A stretch of 64,000 nucleotides of DNA from the human T2T-CHM13v2.0 reference genome, Homo sapiens: NCBI RefSeq assembly GCF_009914755.1, contig NC_060926.1; one strand, given 5' to 3'. The notes below the pieces were generated by a model. That model ran no database searches, was not told the DNA's origin, and was given only the letters and a program-made list of their open reading frames with translations. Position numbers and translations under genes: made by a program. This document shows, in pieces, positions 1-14,671 of this stretch (positions are counted from its first letter, which is position 1; every line of letters starts with the position of its first letter).

Positions 1-444
1 ATACCTGGCTTGAATAGTGATAACAAACTTGTGAATATACAAATGTTGAGTACTTCTGAGAAGGCTGGTAGTTGATGCTAGTGACTTGTGAAATGACTGT
101 ACTAACTGCAATATGAGGTAAAAAACAACATAGAAAAAAATAGAGTGGCAGAACAGATGTTAGATCCAGCTGGCCCTCCTGGGCCCTGTGAATAAGACCT
201 AGACATTAGGTCTTATCACATTAGACATTGTGAATAAGACATTCATTCTGGGTGAGACGGCCCTCAGCCTGACATGTCCCAGAGCACAGGAAGTCAGTAG
301 GAGGGACTTTGCCTAGGACTCCAGCTTCCTCTTATTTCCTCTGTGCCTGACTTCTCCATTTCCGGTCCTGAGGCTTTAGGACTGGACAGCTGTGTTCATC
401 TGGCAGAGGTTTTCAATTCTGGTTGCAGTAAGAATCATCTAGGG

Positions 445-743
445 CAGCAATCCTCAATCATTTTGGCATTAGCGACTGGTTTCATAAAAGACAATTTTTC
501 CATGGGGTGGTGGGGGATGGTACTGTTCCACCTCAGATCATCAGGCATTAGTTAGATTCTCATAAGGAGTGCACAACCTAGATCCCTTGCATGTGTAGTT
601 CACAATAGGGTTTGGGCTTCTATGAGAATCTAATGACATAGCCGATCTGACAGGAGGCGGAGCTCAGATGGTAATGCTTGCTCACCTGCTGCTCACCTCC
701 TGCTGATCCAGTTCCTAACAGGCCACAGGGGTTGGGGACCCCG
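445..743 (+). mobile_element. MER1B-like hAT/Charlie element
   Basis: Typical ggtttcataaaagacaatttttcc...gttagattctcataaggag...ggggttggggacccc. 8-bp TSD atctaggg / atctagga. Confidence 0.8.
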
Positions 744-838
744 ATCTAGGAAACTTGAAAAAGATACTGATGTCTGGGCCCTACCCCAGACCAACTGAAT
801 CAGGGTCTCTGGGGGTGAAGCCCAGACACTGGTATTTT

Positions 839-1022
839 ATTATACTTTAAGTTTTGGGGTGCATGTGCACAATGTGCAGGTTTGTTACATATGTATACAT
901 GTGCCATGTTGGTTTGCTGCACCCATTAACTCGTCATTTACATGAGGTATTTCTCCTAATGCTATCCCTCCCCCAAACCCCCACCCCATGACAGGCCCCG
1001 GTGTATGATGTTCCCCACCCTG
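839..1022 (-). mobile_element. 5'-truncated L1PA 3' end
   Basis: tatactttaagtttt...catgtgcacaatgtgcaggtttgttacatatgtatacatgtgcc. 15-bp TSD agacactggtatttt at 824-838 and 1023-1037. Confidence 0.9.
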
Positions 1023-2158
1023 AGACACTGGTATTTTTTATAAGTTCCCCATGTGATTCTTACTGCAGCCTGGGTTAAGAAATACCCAAACTGTGGTCTC
1101 AGCAGAGTGTCCCAAAGCTGGGAAAGCTGTTTTAGCTGGGCTTGAATCTAGAACCAGGTGTGCTTCTCCCACCCAGAGCCCAGATGCAGATGTGGCAGAC
1201 ACCATACCTAAGAACAAGAAAAGAAACTCATGTGTAACTCACTGTGTGCTCTGTCAGAGGAACGCCTTTCTAAGGGAAGCACCTAAAGACGGGGTGAAGG
1301 GCCCTAGGCAAAGAAGCAGCTGGCATCAGATAGAGAACCTTGTAAGAAGGAGTCAGAGTGAACATCTGAGATGCATACCCCAAAGAGTCTAGAGGAGGAA
1401 AGCTTGGGTTTTTTGTTTTGTTTTCTTTCATTTTTTGTAGTGAGCCATACTCCAGAAATCTACATGTGTGGCAATACATCAATTTTTAAAATAATAATGC
1501 CAGCATAATCTTTATTGTGTTTAAAATCTCAGGTGGGTCACATCCACCCTAGAAGAGGCCTAATTTCCCCAGACCTCATTCCAGCTGTGCCTAAACATCT
1601 GGATTCCAGTGAAGACCTCCCCAGCAGAAAAGCTGACTGCAGTCTGGATATAAGTTCCACTGTGCATCCCGAAGACCTACAGATTTCTGAAAAAATGATT
1701 ATAGATGGAGTTAAATATTCTGGCTCTGATCCTGGTGCTGAAAGCTTTGGAAAGACAGAGGGGAAGCTAGAGAAATTCTGATTAGCACCATGGGCAAATG
1801 CCATGTGATAGTGGAAGAAAGGCTGGTTACAGGAGTTCCTGGCCTCTGAGGGCACCAGCCCTCCTAATGAAAGAAGTGAATCTCTAGCCCCTTTGTTCAG
1901 AATTGCTTAGCATGAGGCAGGTTAATATAGTAGATAAAGGCCCAGGTTCTGGAGGAAGATAGACCTGGGTTTATTGACATTGTCTGGGCTGAGAGTGTCA
2001 AGTGTACAAAATATAGATTTCTGATCCTAAGGGTTAAGAGTGGGCCCTGTTGCCTGGCTTCAAATCCTAGCTCTGCTACTAATTTTCTGTGCAGCCCTGG
2101 GAAAGTGTGCTTAATTTCTCTAAGTCTCAGTTTTCTCATATGGAAAATGGGGGTAATA

Positions 2159-2750
2159 TTGTATTTAATTGATTCTAAGACACATTTTTTTTCATCTCTG
2201 TATGTGTCTTACAATTGCCATTGGCCAGGCAGGCACTCTAAGTCCTTACTTACTACTCTAACCTAAAAGAGCTCTCTCGATACAGGTAAAATACTACTTC
2301 TAAGTGACAAGAAAGAGCTGTGTAATGTTTAACGGGCAATGTCTTCTTTCTTTTTTTTAAAAAAAAATCTTTATTATTAAAAACATTTTTTTAGAGATAG
2401 GGTCTCACTCTGTTGCCCAGGCTGAAGTGCAGTGGCTCCATCACAGCTCACTGCAACCTTGAACTCCTGGGTGCAAGTGATCCTCTTGCCTCGGCCTCCT
2501 GAGTAGCTGAGACTACAGGTGCATACCACTGTGCCTGGCTAATTTTTTATTTTTATTTTTTGTAGAGACAGGTCTATGTTACACAGGCTGTCATTAATTC
2601 CTGGCTTCAACGGATCCTCCCACCTTTGCCTCCCAGAATGCTGGCATTACAGGAGTAAGCCACTGCACCTAGCCTGTTTTCTTTCTTACTGGTACATAAA
2701 ATAGTGGTGTACCTTACAATTGATAGCATCTTAGATTCAATGACATATGG
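2159..2750. mobile_element. MER104/Kanga-like Tc2 DNA transposon containing a minus-strand AluJ (about 2386-2673), inserted in a MIR
   Basis: Inverted ends gtatttaattgattctaagac and catcttagattcaatgacatatgg. MIR halves on both sides (tctcagttttctcatatggaaaatgggg / tgcctcatagtgttatgtgaag). Confidence 0.55.
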
Positions 2751-4241
2751 TAACAGTATCTGCCTCATAGTGTTATGTGAAGATAAAATGGGATAATGCA
2801 AGAAATGAAGTTAGTGCTTGGCACAGAGGCAGGGCTTAATAATGTTAGCTATACACTAGCTTCTATATAAAGTTGCTAGCTGCCTTAAGTAGGGAAAACA
2901 GATAAGTGAAGTCCAGAGGATAGGACAGGGAGAAATTGGTACTATCAGCCTTGGACAAAAGAGGTGGAAAGGAGGTTCTGGGAAGAATATTTTACACAAA
3001 GAAAAGACAGATTAAAATCAAGTTAAGTTGGCAAAGACATTCTGGGCACTAGGTTGAAATGGGGGAGAGAGGAAGAGACTTGACGGCCATCCCTAGACAG
3101 AAAGGGTCTTGGGAAGCCTTAATCCTGTGTAGTAACACCTCCAAAAAGCCCTCCCCTGTCCTAAAGAAACAATGGTCATAAAGAGTTCTATTACAGCTGA
3201 AGAAAAGGAACATATATAAAAACTCAAATATACTGCCAATGGCCAAGAAAGAGCTCTCAAAGGAGGCGGTAACCCCAGTGAGTCGTGTCAAAACTTATGA
3301 GAAGGGCTTTGGTAAACGTCATGTTCAATCCATTCTTCAACCCTCAATGATCTCTGTAGCCACTACCACTACCAGTATTCTGTTCAATGAGAAAGATGGG
3401 TACAAATTCCCACCCCTAAAGAAGATATACTTTGGTCATTTCTCTTTGGAGCTGGTCTTTGAGGACCCAGCTTTCCCAACCTCAGTGTGGCTGATTAGAC
3501 TGATAGATGGGCCCATCTATCTGCAGGCCCAGCCACCCCAGGTCCCGCCTGAGCCAGCCTTCCGAGGAGATGGGAGAATGGAAATGGCCTTATTCCTGTC
3601 ATCTAGTGGGACCTGGAATGAAGTATAATTGCCAGGCAGAACAGTATCCATTATCCAGGATATTTTTGGCATGACCAGAACACTGGATTGATCTCTCGGT
3701 TTCAGTAATTGCCTGAACTGCTTTGTGAACATGGTCTTGGGCACAGGTTGTCCTCCCTGGGGCGTATCTCTGTAGGTTCTTTAGTTTTCCCCCATTTGCT
3801 GCCTCCCTAGCGAGAAGATCTTTATTTAACCTTGGTTCTCTTCCTCTCGCCACAGGCTGTATTGATATTGTTGAGGTAGCAGCATGCTCCAAACTATAAT
3901 GTCAATTATATTTACCACATTAAAAATGAGAATATTGAGAAATGTGATCCACTGTGTTCTTATGTAGTCTAGCCAATTCTCTGTCATTGAGGTGTCTCAG
4001 ACTTTGCCCCTAAACTAACTGGCCCTTGCTGGTTGGGCTTAATTAGGTTCAGCTTTCTAACTATGATTGCTTCTTAGAACTTCTCTTCTTATTCCTCACG
4101 CTTATATTGGACAGCCTCATCCAACCCTCTTCCAGTCCCTAAACCTCAACGATGCTATATTCCACTGACTCACCACCAATCTAGAGTCCTGATCCCAGAT
4201 AAGAATAATCATAGCCTAAATATCTTTTGGGGATTATGTAC

Positions 4242-4415
4242 TTGGATTATCTCTGGGTCTGGAAATGTTGCTGAAACACTGTGAAGAAAGAAGAAGATGG
4301 ATTTGTTCTTGGTCTGTTCCACTGTTATGTAGCCAGGCTTTGAAGAAAATCTCCATGCTGACGATATCATTGTCTATAGTCTGAAGGTCAATGTCAGTTC
4401 CCAGAATAGAACTCT
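4242..4415 (-). CDS. M1AP: M1AP coding exon, codons 199-257 (gene continues beyond window start)
   Basis: G|AG joins to give ESSILGTDIDLQTIDNDIVSMEIFFKAWLHNSGTDQEQIHLLLSSQCFSNISRPRDNP. Acceptor tttccctttcttttgcAG (4416-4417), donor CAA|GTACAT (4240-4241). 174 nt, phase 1-1. Trp226 codon at 4333-4335. Confidence 0.93.
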
Positions 4416-4490
4416 CTGCAAAAGAAAGGGAAATAAAGTGTTCACTTAGATTGTAAATTTTGAGTAATATAAAATTTTGAACACATCCAT

Positions 4491-4811
4491 CTTTTCTTTT
4501 TTGAGACGGGGGTCTCATTATGTCACCCAGGCTAAAGTACAGTGGCTATTCACATGCACAATCATTGCTCACTGCAGCCTCCAAATGCCTGGGCTCTAGC
4601 AATCTTCCTGCCTCAGCCTCCTGAGTAGCTGGGACTACAAGCACTCACCACCACGACTGACTAATTTTTTAAAAAACTTTTTTTTAGAGATGAGGTCTCG
4701 CTATGTTGCTCAGGCTGGTCTCTAACTCTTGGCCTCAAAGCAATCTTCTTGTCTCAGCCTCACAGGTAGCTGGGATTAGCTGGGATTATAGGCACTTGTC
4801 ACTGGCCCAGC
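4491..4811 (-). mobile_element. AluJ
   Basis: Reverse-complement Alu dimer with T-rich tail at left. Confidence 0.85.
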
Positions 4812-5269
4812 TTCCACACCTATTTTTTGATCCATTGACTGTATCTCTAGACATCTAGCCTAGAGACATTCTTGAGCAGTACACAAAGGCATATGCAAAG
4901 ATGTTTGGTATAGCATTGCTGTAATAATAAAAACCCCAAACGGGAAGCAGTTCAAATCCCCTCAATAGGGAATATTTAAATTATGACACACTCAAACTAT
5001 GGAGTATTACGTGTTTGTTAACAAAGCTAAATGTACTGACATGAAAAACTAGGAGATAGTAAGTAAATAAAGGAAGCTGTAGAACAGATATAACATGATC
5101 CCATTTATATAAAAATAAAACTATCTACATATATATATGTAAATGCATTTTACAAAGCTCTGGAAGGCTATCATCAAACTGTTAACAGTGGACAGGAAGT
5201 GGAAATAGGGCAGGGTTCTGAGATACTTTCCCTTTTTACTCTTCATACTTCTATACTGTTTGAATTTTA

Positions 5270-5725
<456 letters not shown>

Positions 5726-6815
5726 TTAGTTGAACAAAGGGGACTTCAGCTTCATGTTATTTTACAGTGAAAATGTGTTCTATTACTACTTGTTATAAAA
5801 AATTAATTTAAAAAAATTAAAAGGAAAAAAGATGAATTTTGGGGTATCCCCTTATAGTAGAGAACCAAGCCTGGAGCATCAGTCATTGGCATACTGTATC
5901 TCACAAGTGTGGTTAACAGCAAAAAGGATGGGGAGGGTCTGGTAGAGTGTGATTTAATTCCAAATCTGAATGAATGGAGCTGGGTAGGTGGGGTAATGAG
6001 GCTTTGCTGGTGTACTTCCAGCTTCGGGCAACACTAGCTAAGGAATTGGGGCCTGGGTCTGCAGGTAAAGGTCATCAGTGAAAGCCAAATATGAGGTGGT
6101 GGAAGAAGCACAGAGCAAATAAGGGAAGAACTAGAAAGAAGCTGAGGGGGAACTCTACTTTCCTTGCTTCATCAGGAGGGATCTCTGAAATACTTTTACA
6201 AAGGGCCTAAGAAAAGCCAGTTGCTCCAATGAATTAGCTTCTGTGTATGACTCATAGACCCCAGGGAGAAGGCTGGATTATTTCTAGAATGACATTCCTG
6301 AGGACAAGTTTGCAGAGGTGGCAGACTTTCCACAGGGAACAAAGGGGCTTCAGTCCAACATACTTGTTCCAACACAGGGGAACTGTGGTGAAAATGACTT
6401 CATGTCATATTTAACAACTTATCCTGCAGCTGAAAAGGGGCATCAAATGCATTTCTCTATGGCCAGAATGATAAAAACTCTGCCATCTTCCATGAATAGT
6501 TATGAGGATTCATTGTTAACTAGTTAGTTATTTCATTCATTCCATCAGATATATCTGACACTCTGTGCCCTTATGGAGTTTATAAAGCAACATGAATCTT
6601 GACCATTTTTCCCCAAACTCTCATCTGCCTCATTATGTTTTAGGGTACTACTGTGATATATATAAAGTCATTGCCAAAAAAACATTCCTTGCAAGTAAAG
6701 AGAAATATCTTTTAAAAAAATAATGTGCATTTTATTTTGTCACAGGCAAAACAAGGAGTAATTTAATTTTTCTAAGCCTGAAGCCTGTACTTTGATTTGA
6801 GTAACAAGTATGAAA

Positions 6816-6826
6816 ATGACTCAGCA
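6816..6826 (+). promoter_or_regulatory. Candidate ARE/MARE (NRF2/NFE2/BACH) and AP-1 site
   Basis: ATGACTCAGCA is a perfect RTGACTCAGCA match; motif only, no functional evidence. Confidence 0.3.
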
Positions 6827-6894
6827 GCTTCTCTTCAGTGAGGCAAAACAGTTCTTAAAGCATAAAGTGGCGGCTACTAAAGCAATGCAACCGA

Positions 6895-7040
6895 GGCCAG
6901 GCATGGTGGCTCATGCCTGTAGTCCCAGCTACTTAGAAGTCTGAGGCAGGAGGACAGCTTGAGCCCAAAAGTTCAAGACCCACCTGGGCAACATAGTGAG
7001 ACACTGTCTCAGTTGCAAAAAAAAAAAAAAAAAGAAAAAG
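6895..7040 (+). mobile_element. Alu monomer (FLAM-like)
   Basis: Single Alu arm followed by an A-tail. Confidence 0.8.
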
Positions 7041-7363
7041 AAACAGAATTGAGCAAAGGAGCTAAGAAAAGTAGAGAAGATAAACTTGCTGAGTTGAAAT
7101 AACAGAATTTTTGGGAAAAGAAGTAAGTGTTTCTTTTCTTCTCCCCAGGGAAAGGGTGGATGATGAGACACTCCTACCACAGGCAATGTGAGGGAGCAAT
7201 GCAAAGCCATGTCCCATCAAGAATCTGGAAGTAAGGAAAATAAAGGTTTCCTCAGAGAGTTAAACTATAAAATCAACCAGAATGGTGAGGCCAATGAAAA
7301 AGTTACCCTAAGAAGGCAGAATGGCTTATTGTCCAAGGCAAGATTTGGCTGTAGCCTTATTGA

Positions 7364-7948
<585 letters not shown>

Positions 7949-9286
7949 TAGTCTTGAGCTTAGGAAGGTGCGTGTTTTGCTGGCAAAATTAACTTTCTGA
8001 TCCTGCGAAGCTAAAGAACCAGGCTTGAAGCACAGCCTCTCTATGAAGGAAAATGTCATGTGGTTAGGTCCTCCTGGCAGCCAGCCAGGCAGCAGTCTTC
8101 CCTGTTGTCACCCATCGATGTTCTGACATTCTTTTCTAACTTCTTAACCTACATGTTCTTGGAAGAGCCATGAAGCAGAACTGATTTCTTGAAAAAGTCC
8201 TCATATAATCTCCACAGAGGTGCTGTGTGTCGGGTTTGAGCTTTCAGTTTTGCAGTTTCAGAAGGGAGTGAGCACCTCTTGGGGGCAGACTTACATTATC
8301 CAAACTAGAGACTTATGTGTAAACCAGAACATTTTAGAGGCTAAACTTTTTTTCCATTTTCTTTGTCATTCTAGGAATTCATTTCCTTGTCCCTGATTAT
8401 GGCAGTAGCTTCTTAACTGTCCTAGCAAACTCCATTTCTTCCCCTCCATTACTTATTATTACTACTACCAGTTACTTTTTCTGAAACATGGTTTCATCAG
8501 ATCCCTCCTTTGCTCAAGAGCACACACTGCCTTCTTGTTGTCACTCACTCATCCTGTATCACTTGGTACTACTCATTATTCTACAAGTACCCTACCCTTC
8601 CCTTCCTCTGTGATGGCTCAGACTATTTCCTCCTCATCACTACCTGTTGAGATATTGCCATCCTTGAAGACCGAGTTCAAATGTCACCTCCTTCATGAAG
8701 TCTGCCATTATTGTATTCCTTCCATTATTATAGTCCCATAGCTTTTGGTTTACATTTGTAATATAGTTCACATTACATTTTACCTTAGTACTATTGTTAT
8801 TTGGGAATACGTTTGATCTCTCCCATTTAAATGTAAATTAAAAGGTGGGAATTGTTTCTTTTCACTTTTATCCTCCCTATCAGGGCCTTGTATAGAGCTG
8901 AAGCTTAGCAAATGCCTGAGTTGAACAGTGACTCCCTCCTCCTCAGCTCTCATTACTTTTTCCTGTAACTCTTGAGCTTCATCTAAGTTAGTCTCCTTGC
9001 CACATGACTTCCTTCCTTCCTTAGTGCTTTCATTAATGTTAGCCCATGGCCTGCACCTCTTCCAGAATTCAACTCAGGACTGACTTTGTCCAAGAAGTTA
9101 TGCTTAACTATATCCTCCCTTATCTAGCTTTAATTGCCATCCCTGGGTATCTGTGGGCTTCATTTGGGCAATATTAATCGCACTGCTGATTTATTTTTTT
9201 TTAAAGGATTTTCTTCTCTTTTCCTGAGTTTATGAAAGGCTTAATGGAAAGACCAGGGTTTGACTTGAGAATTAAAAGTTGTTAGC

Positions 9287-9590
<304 letters not shown>

Positions 9591-9701
9591 TTAGCTATGT
9601 GATTTTGGGCGAAGTGGAATAGTACAACATATTTCTTAGTAAAGCACTACAAAGCGAGATGATTATCTATAAATGGCATCCAGTAGGTCCAACAAATATA
9701 A

Positions 9702-10065
<364 letters not shown>

Positions 10066-11619
10066 ATATGTTTTCCTTTTTTAAAGCTTTTTTTCCCTTG
10101 GTCACTGCTTTCTACCCCCGACTACCATACATTGAACACCAACAACTAGTATGTATTGTGTTCTTCACAAATACGACTAAATGTGCTAAATCTGGGGATC
10201 GGGGAGGAGACTTCTCAGACGTTGAAAAACAGCTCCCTCACTGGCTGGGGAGCAGGGTACCCATGCACTAGATGAACGGGTCACACCAATGGCATGAAAT
10301 GGAAAGGTTACAGGAGTGAAACGGTGGCCCTTAGTGTTTGGATAGTTAAAGCAGTGAGGAAGGCCTGGTTCACTGCAGCCCAAGCTGCAGCCAGCATTCA
10401 CATTGTTTTTGAACTTACCCTGCCCTCCTGCGGCCACAATGGGAAAAAACTAAGAAAGCCAAATGACTGAAGATTAGGTAATACCTGAAGTAGACCCTCT
10501 CAGAAGAAACCTTAAAATAGGGTTATAAAATTAAAGTGTGTTTAAAATAGGAGACTTTAACATACATACGTGCATATACAATGTCTGTATTTCTCTCTTC
10601 ACATAAAATATAGAGGCCCAGGAAAGTAGAGGCCCAGGAAAAGGTGCTCTTGCCCAGTCCTCCACATCTTCCCCCGTCTCACAGGGCCCTAACCTCTAGG
10701 CCTGACCTGTTCCTTTCCGAATGACATTCATGAGGCCTGTACTTGGGTGTCATGGATGGGCTTCAGACATTCTGAGAACCCCTTGAAATTATATACAATT
10801 CATCTGTACATGCATAGATGTATTTTGGTGGGGTGGGGGAAGGGGGAAAGCCCCTAGCTTTTATCAGATTCTCAAAAGAGCTCTATGACCCCAAAAAGGT
10901 CAAGAACCACTACAGAGACTATAGAGTCACAGTATCTTAGCCTGCCTGGGTTGGTTTACAATTAGCTGTCTACTCTCTGAATACAGGATAGCTATAGGAT
11001 GTTAACAACCAGGGTAAGTAATCACAGCAGATAAAGCTTAGTCAGGAACAGCAGTGCAGCATCATCCAACCATTGTCTTTAAATCAACACAACATGAGAA
11101 TAATCTAACAGCTTACAACGGTGAGGCAGTCAAGCTTGTCTTTCTAAGCTCATTTGCCTCATTTGTGGAAGTGATGCTTGGACCCTAGGAAAAAGGAGAA
11201 GCCCCTTGAAAAGAGTTGGCAGGGGTGGTGGTAGTGGTTATCAACATGTGAACTCAGGGCAGAGAGGTGACTGCAGGAATGGACCTAGTGGTGACTATCT
11301 TCCTGGAGCCCCAGTCTGTAAGAGGGTCAAAACATCACCATAACTGTAATGAGATAGAGAAAATTTATATCCCAGAACTCTTCTCAGAGAGAGAGAACTG
11401 TTGTCATTCATTCATTTGCTTAGTCATTCATTTATTTAGTCATTCAAGCACTTATTAGTTTACTGTCTTTTATGAGCTAGGCACTTATTGGTGTCATCAA
11501 GAAAAGAGACAAATTGCCTACTTTCGTGGCTTACATTCTAGTGAGAGAACAGATAATAAGCAAGCAAATAAAACAGAATACAATTTCAGATGATAGATAC
11601 TATGAAGAAAAATAAAGGG

Positions 11620-11656
11620 GCGTGTGTGTGTGCACGCGCGCGCGTGCATGCATGTG
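11620..11656. repeat. Alternating purine-pyrimidine tract (GT)n-(CG)5 within an L2 remnant
   Basis: GCGTGTGTGTGTGCACGCGCGCGCGTGCATGCATGTG. Confidence 0.9.
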
Positions 11657-12437
11657 AAGTTTTAGCTTGGCTGGCCAGGGAAGTATTCTTTAAGAAGCTG
11701 ACAGTTGGGCAGAAACTTGAATGACGTGAAGTGAGTCATAAAAACATTTGTGCGAAGATTGTTTCTTATAGAGAGATGAGCAAGTTCAAAGGTCTTGAGA
11801 TGGGAATGAGCTTTTTGTGTTGGGGGATTAGCCAGAAGACTAAAGCAGAATAAGGAAGGAAGTGAGGACTAGCTAATAAGCTGCTGGGGTGAAGGACAAG
11901 ACCCCCAAAGTGGCACACTCATGTATCAACAGGGGTCACTACACTTGCTTTGAAGAAGGGTGGGTTCCATTATTGCAATTTGGTATTGCTCAGGAACTGT
12001 GCAAGAGTGGGGCAGAGTAAAGCAAGTTCCTTTTTCTTTCTCTTTTTCTTTGTAGCTCTTAGCTTCTAAACAACTACTGAATTAGCATTTTAAAAATATT
12101 TGTTTGAAGGTGTGCCCAAGCTATCAGCTTGTGTAAGGTGCCACATGTCCCAGCCCAGCTTTACCGCTTATGCTTTCCTGTTGTGTGGTGCTGGCAGGCA
12201 GTGGGGAAGGAGGGAAGAGGAATCTGGGAGTTCCATGAGCAGAGCTCAAGCAGAGATCCTTCAGCCTGTAGTGGACATGCCTCTTTCCCAGCTCTGGTCA
12301 GCTACCCAGGGAATTCTATTGTTAGCAGTTGTCCATTCACCTGCCCTCATCAAGCTAATATAGTCTAAGGCAGGCTGAAAAAAATAATTGACTGTTAACT
12401 AAAGAACTAATGGTTCACAATGGATGATTTATATTAT

Positions 12438-12641
12438 GGGTGTCCAATCTTTTGGCTTCCCTGGGCCACATTGGAAGAATTGTCTTGGGCCACACATAAA
12501 ATGCATCAACACTGATGATAGCTGATGAGCTTAAAAACAAATCTTATAATGTTTTAAGAAAGTTTACGAATTTTTGTTGGGTTGCATTCAAAGCCGTCCT
12601 GGGCTGCATGCAGCCTGCGGGAAGCAGGTTGGACAAACTTG
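12438..12641 (+). mobile_element. MER30 hAT MITE
   Basis: gggtgtccaatcttttggcttccctgggccacattggaag...ggttggacaaacttg. Confidence 0.85.
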
Positions 12642-12669
12642 ATTTACATAATTTCTGACTAGGGAATAG

Positions 12670-13044
12670 TGGGTTCTATTTGGGCTGCTATCACAAAATA
12701 CCACAAACCAGTGGCTTATAAGCAACAGAAATATATTTCTCACCGTTTTGGAGGCTGGGAAGTCCAAGATCAAGGTGCTGGCAGATTCAATGTCTGGGGA
12801 GGACCTGTTTTTGGTTGATAAATGGCCCCTTCTCACTGTATCCTCATATGGTGGAGGGGGCAGACAAGCTCCTTAGGGAACATTTTATAAAAGCACTAAT
12901 CCCATTCAGGAGGATTCTGCCCTCCCTCATGACCTAATCCACCATTCAAAGGCCCCACCTCCTAATACTATCTATTTGGTGATTAGATTTCAAAGATGAA
13001 TTTTAGGGGGGGCGGGGGCGGGATACAACATTCAGACCATAGCA
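12670..13044 (-). mobile_element. MaLR solo LTR (MLT1A/MST-like)
   Basis: gggctgctatcacaaaataccac...ggaagtccaagatcaaggtgctggcagattc...cattcagaccatagca. Confidence 0.8.
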
Positions 13045-14309
13045 GACTCCCTTAGCTCTAAGATAGGTCCCAAATACTACAATTTCAAATGTAGTATTTC
13101 AGCCTTTAGTAAACAGATGAATTGGGTAAGAAAAAGTTTAGAGAGCAATTATTTTGGCTGGGAGAGTAGCCTTTTTATAATCTTTTTCTTAGGCTTGTGT
13201 GTTTCTAAGAGGGCAGAAGTGGGGACTGCCCTATGAGAGAAGCTGCACTGCACCCCTCACCTCTGGAGCCACGGAAGTGTTCCCGGATTGCCAATCCCAC
13301 TTTGAACTGAGTGACTTGCTCTGCCCTAGACAGTCCAGAGAGAAGTTATTGCAGGTACGGGAGAGAAGGGCCCTGGTTAAGGCAGGGTATACCTGCCTCT
13401 GGCACCAGTTGTAGCACCTTATCTACCTCTGTACCCACAGCACTAGCGCAGTGTTTACATACAACAGGGGCTCAGTAAACGTTATATTGAACAGAAGAAA
13501 CTAGCCAGCCTGGTGCTTACTTTCTCTGTGACCTTAGGCCAGTCACTTCATCTCTTTAAGCTCAATTTCTCCATTTGTAAAGTGGGAATGATAGTGATAC
13601 CTAGGCTAAGGGTTTACTTGAAAATGAAATAATGACACTTGACTCCTGAAAGCAATTTGTGGACTTTAAAGCACCATGCAACTATAAGGGATGATAGAGT
13701 ATAAAGCCGCCTCCCAGCTGTCTATGTAGTAGATATGAACATTTTATTCACTAAAAGCCAGTGCCATTTCTTTTGCTGAAAATTTTCTCTTCAATAAAGA
13801 TCTAAGTTGTAAGAAAATATATTTTATCTATGGGTCTCAATGGCTTCATTTTCATTTTATTGGAAAAATGCAGCTTATATGCAAAAGAGATTGATCACTA
13901 TTGATTGAAATATTCCAAAGTCTGAAGTATTTTTTGACGTGAGAAACATTAGACTTAGAAGGTATTTTAAAAGTCTTCTTTTTCTACAGGGACTAATACA
14001 TATATTCTATAAACCAAAAAGCATTTAATGTAAATTGCAATGCAAAATTGAAAAGCTGGGAAGAAATATTGTCATAGGCACTGTGGTGGGGGAGGGAGCA
14101 GGGGAATGGGTTATTTAGGAGAAGTTTGAATTAAGAAGAAAGCAGAGTTAGGAAGGCGTTAAATCTTTTGACATGACCCAAGAACCACACCAAGCAGTTT
14201 TGACTCCTTACACCTAAGGGAACTGAAAGAAAGAGCTGCCTTGAGGTGAAAATAAATGTAAGTGGAGCCATGAAAGAAAAGACTTACTTGGGGGAGCTAA
14301 GTAGAGTAA

Positions 14310-14671
<362 letters not shown>

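Larger units (their letters stand above)
404..1080. mobile_element. MER5A-like hAT/Charlie MITE split by MER1B and an L1PA fragment
   Basis: cagaggttttcaattctggttgcag...agaatcatct, then ccccagaccaactgaatcag, then tgtgattct...gcctgggttaagaaatac match the MER5A layout. Confidence 0.6.

Noticed and set aside
1515-1855. Opposite-strand ORFs of 88 and 105 aa as a possible further M1AP exon
   Set aside because: They do not match the expected continuation after RPRDNP (recalled as MCLKCDLQERLL). The MCLK start of the + strand ORF is coincidental and on the wrong strand.
3239-3892. Overlapping 75-129 aa ORFs
   Set aside because: No recognisable protein similarity or consistent exon structure; lengths are compatible with chance.
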